A stretch of 64,000 bases of DNA, from contig JBGAQA010000024.1 in assembly GCA_044220955.1 (NCBI GenBank), forward strand, positions 1 to 64,000, in the 5' to 3' direction. Positions within the stretch are counted from its first letter, which is position 1. Each line of letters starts with the position of its first letter. The notes below the pieces were generated by a model that saw only the letters and a list, made by a program, of their open reading frames with translations, did no database searches and was not told the origin of the DNA. This DNA is from Sandaracinaceae bacterium (lineage in GTDB: Bacteria; Myxococcota_A; Polyangia; Polyangiales; Sandaracinaceae). This document shows, piece after piece, positions 63,763 to 64,000 of the stretch. The position numbers and the translations under genes were made by a program.

Positions 63763-64000
63763 ATGCAGACCTCGCTCGTGGTGCTCGGGGCCGTGCTCGC
63801 GGTCCTCGCCGTCATGGGGGTCGGCGCGCTCGCTCGGCGGCGCGGGCTGCTCGACGACGGTGCGGCCAGGGCGCTGAGCCGCCTGGTGGCCGACGTCACG
63901 TTCCCCGCGCTCTGCCTCGACGGGCTCGCGCGCTCGGACGGGGCCACGGTCGCGCAGGGCTGGATCGCGGTCGGCCTCGGCTTCGGGACGCTCGGCCTCG
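63763..64000 (+). CDS. AEC family (auxin efflux carrier-like) transporter, 5' part only
   Basis: Manual translation MQTSLVVLGAVLAVLAVMGVGALARRRGLLDDGAARALSRLVADVTFPALCL. Truncated by the window end. Confidence 0.7.
   Translation, partial: MQTSLVVLGAVLAVLAVMGVGALARRRGLLDDGAARALSRLVADVTFPALCLDGLARSDGATVAQGWIAVGLGFGTLGL

Overview
Very GC-rich, gene-dense window from a myxobacterium (Myxococcota, probably Polyangiales/Sandaracinaceae-like, inferred from Glt gliding genes, a MYXO-CTERM-like protein, an FHA-sigma54 activator, a Ser/Thr kinase and CYP51). It is mostly core chromosome: asd, truA, a stand-alone rplC, rlmE, a DUF2849-sulfite reductase-DUF934 cluster, tRNA-Gln(CTG), tRNA-Glu(CTC), mpg, apaG, an RpoH-like sigma factor, an apparent cytochrome c/rhodanese-mutH-GAF-erpA operon, tmRNA, obgE, tsaE, carB, greA and pgeF. 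A ~22 kb gliding-motility cluster (gltK-like, gltC, gltD, gltE, gltF, gltG, a small TPR gene and a 3373-aa gltI/agmK-like gene) sits in the middle. The right end holds a sterol-related neighbourhood (two SCP2-like genes and a CYP51-ferredoxin fusion). The most unusual signals are (1) an intact tRNA-Leu with the rare bacterial anticodon AAG, with its own promoter-like and terminator-like elements, (2) the CYP51-ferredoxin fusion near tandem SCP2-like genes, (3) an intact MutH outside Gammaproteobacteria, (4) a ~270-bp rare-codon island inside gltD and (5) a compositionally foreign glgB-like fragment at the left edge. No CRISPR array, transposase, integrase or prophage was seen. All family calls come from motifs read by eye, not from database searches.
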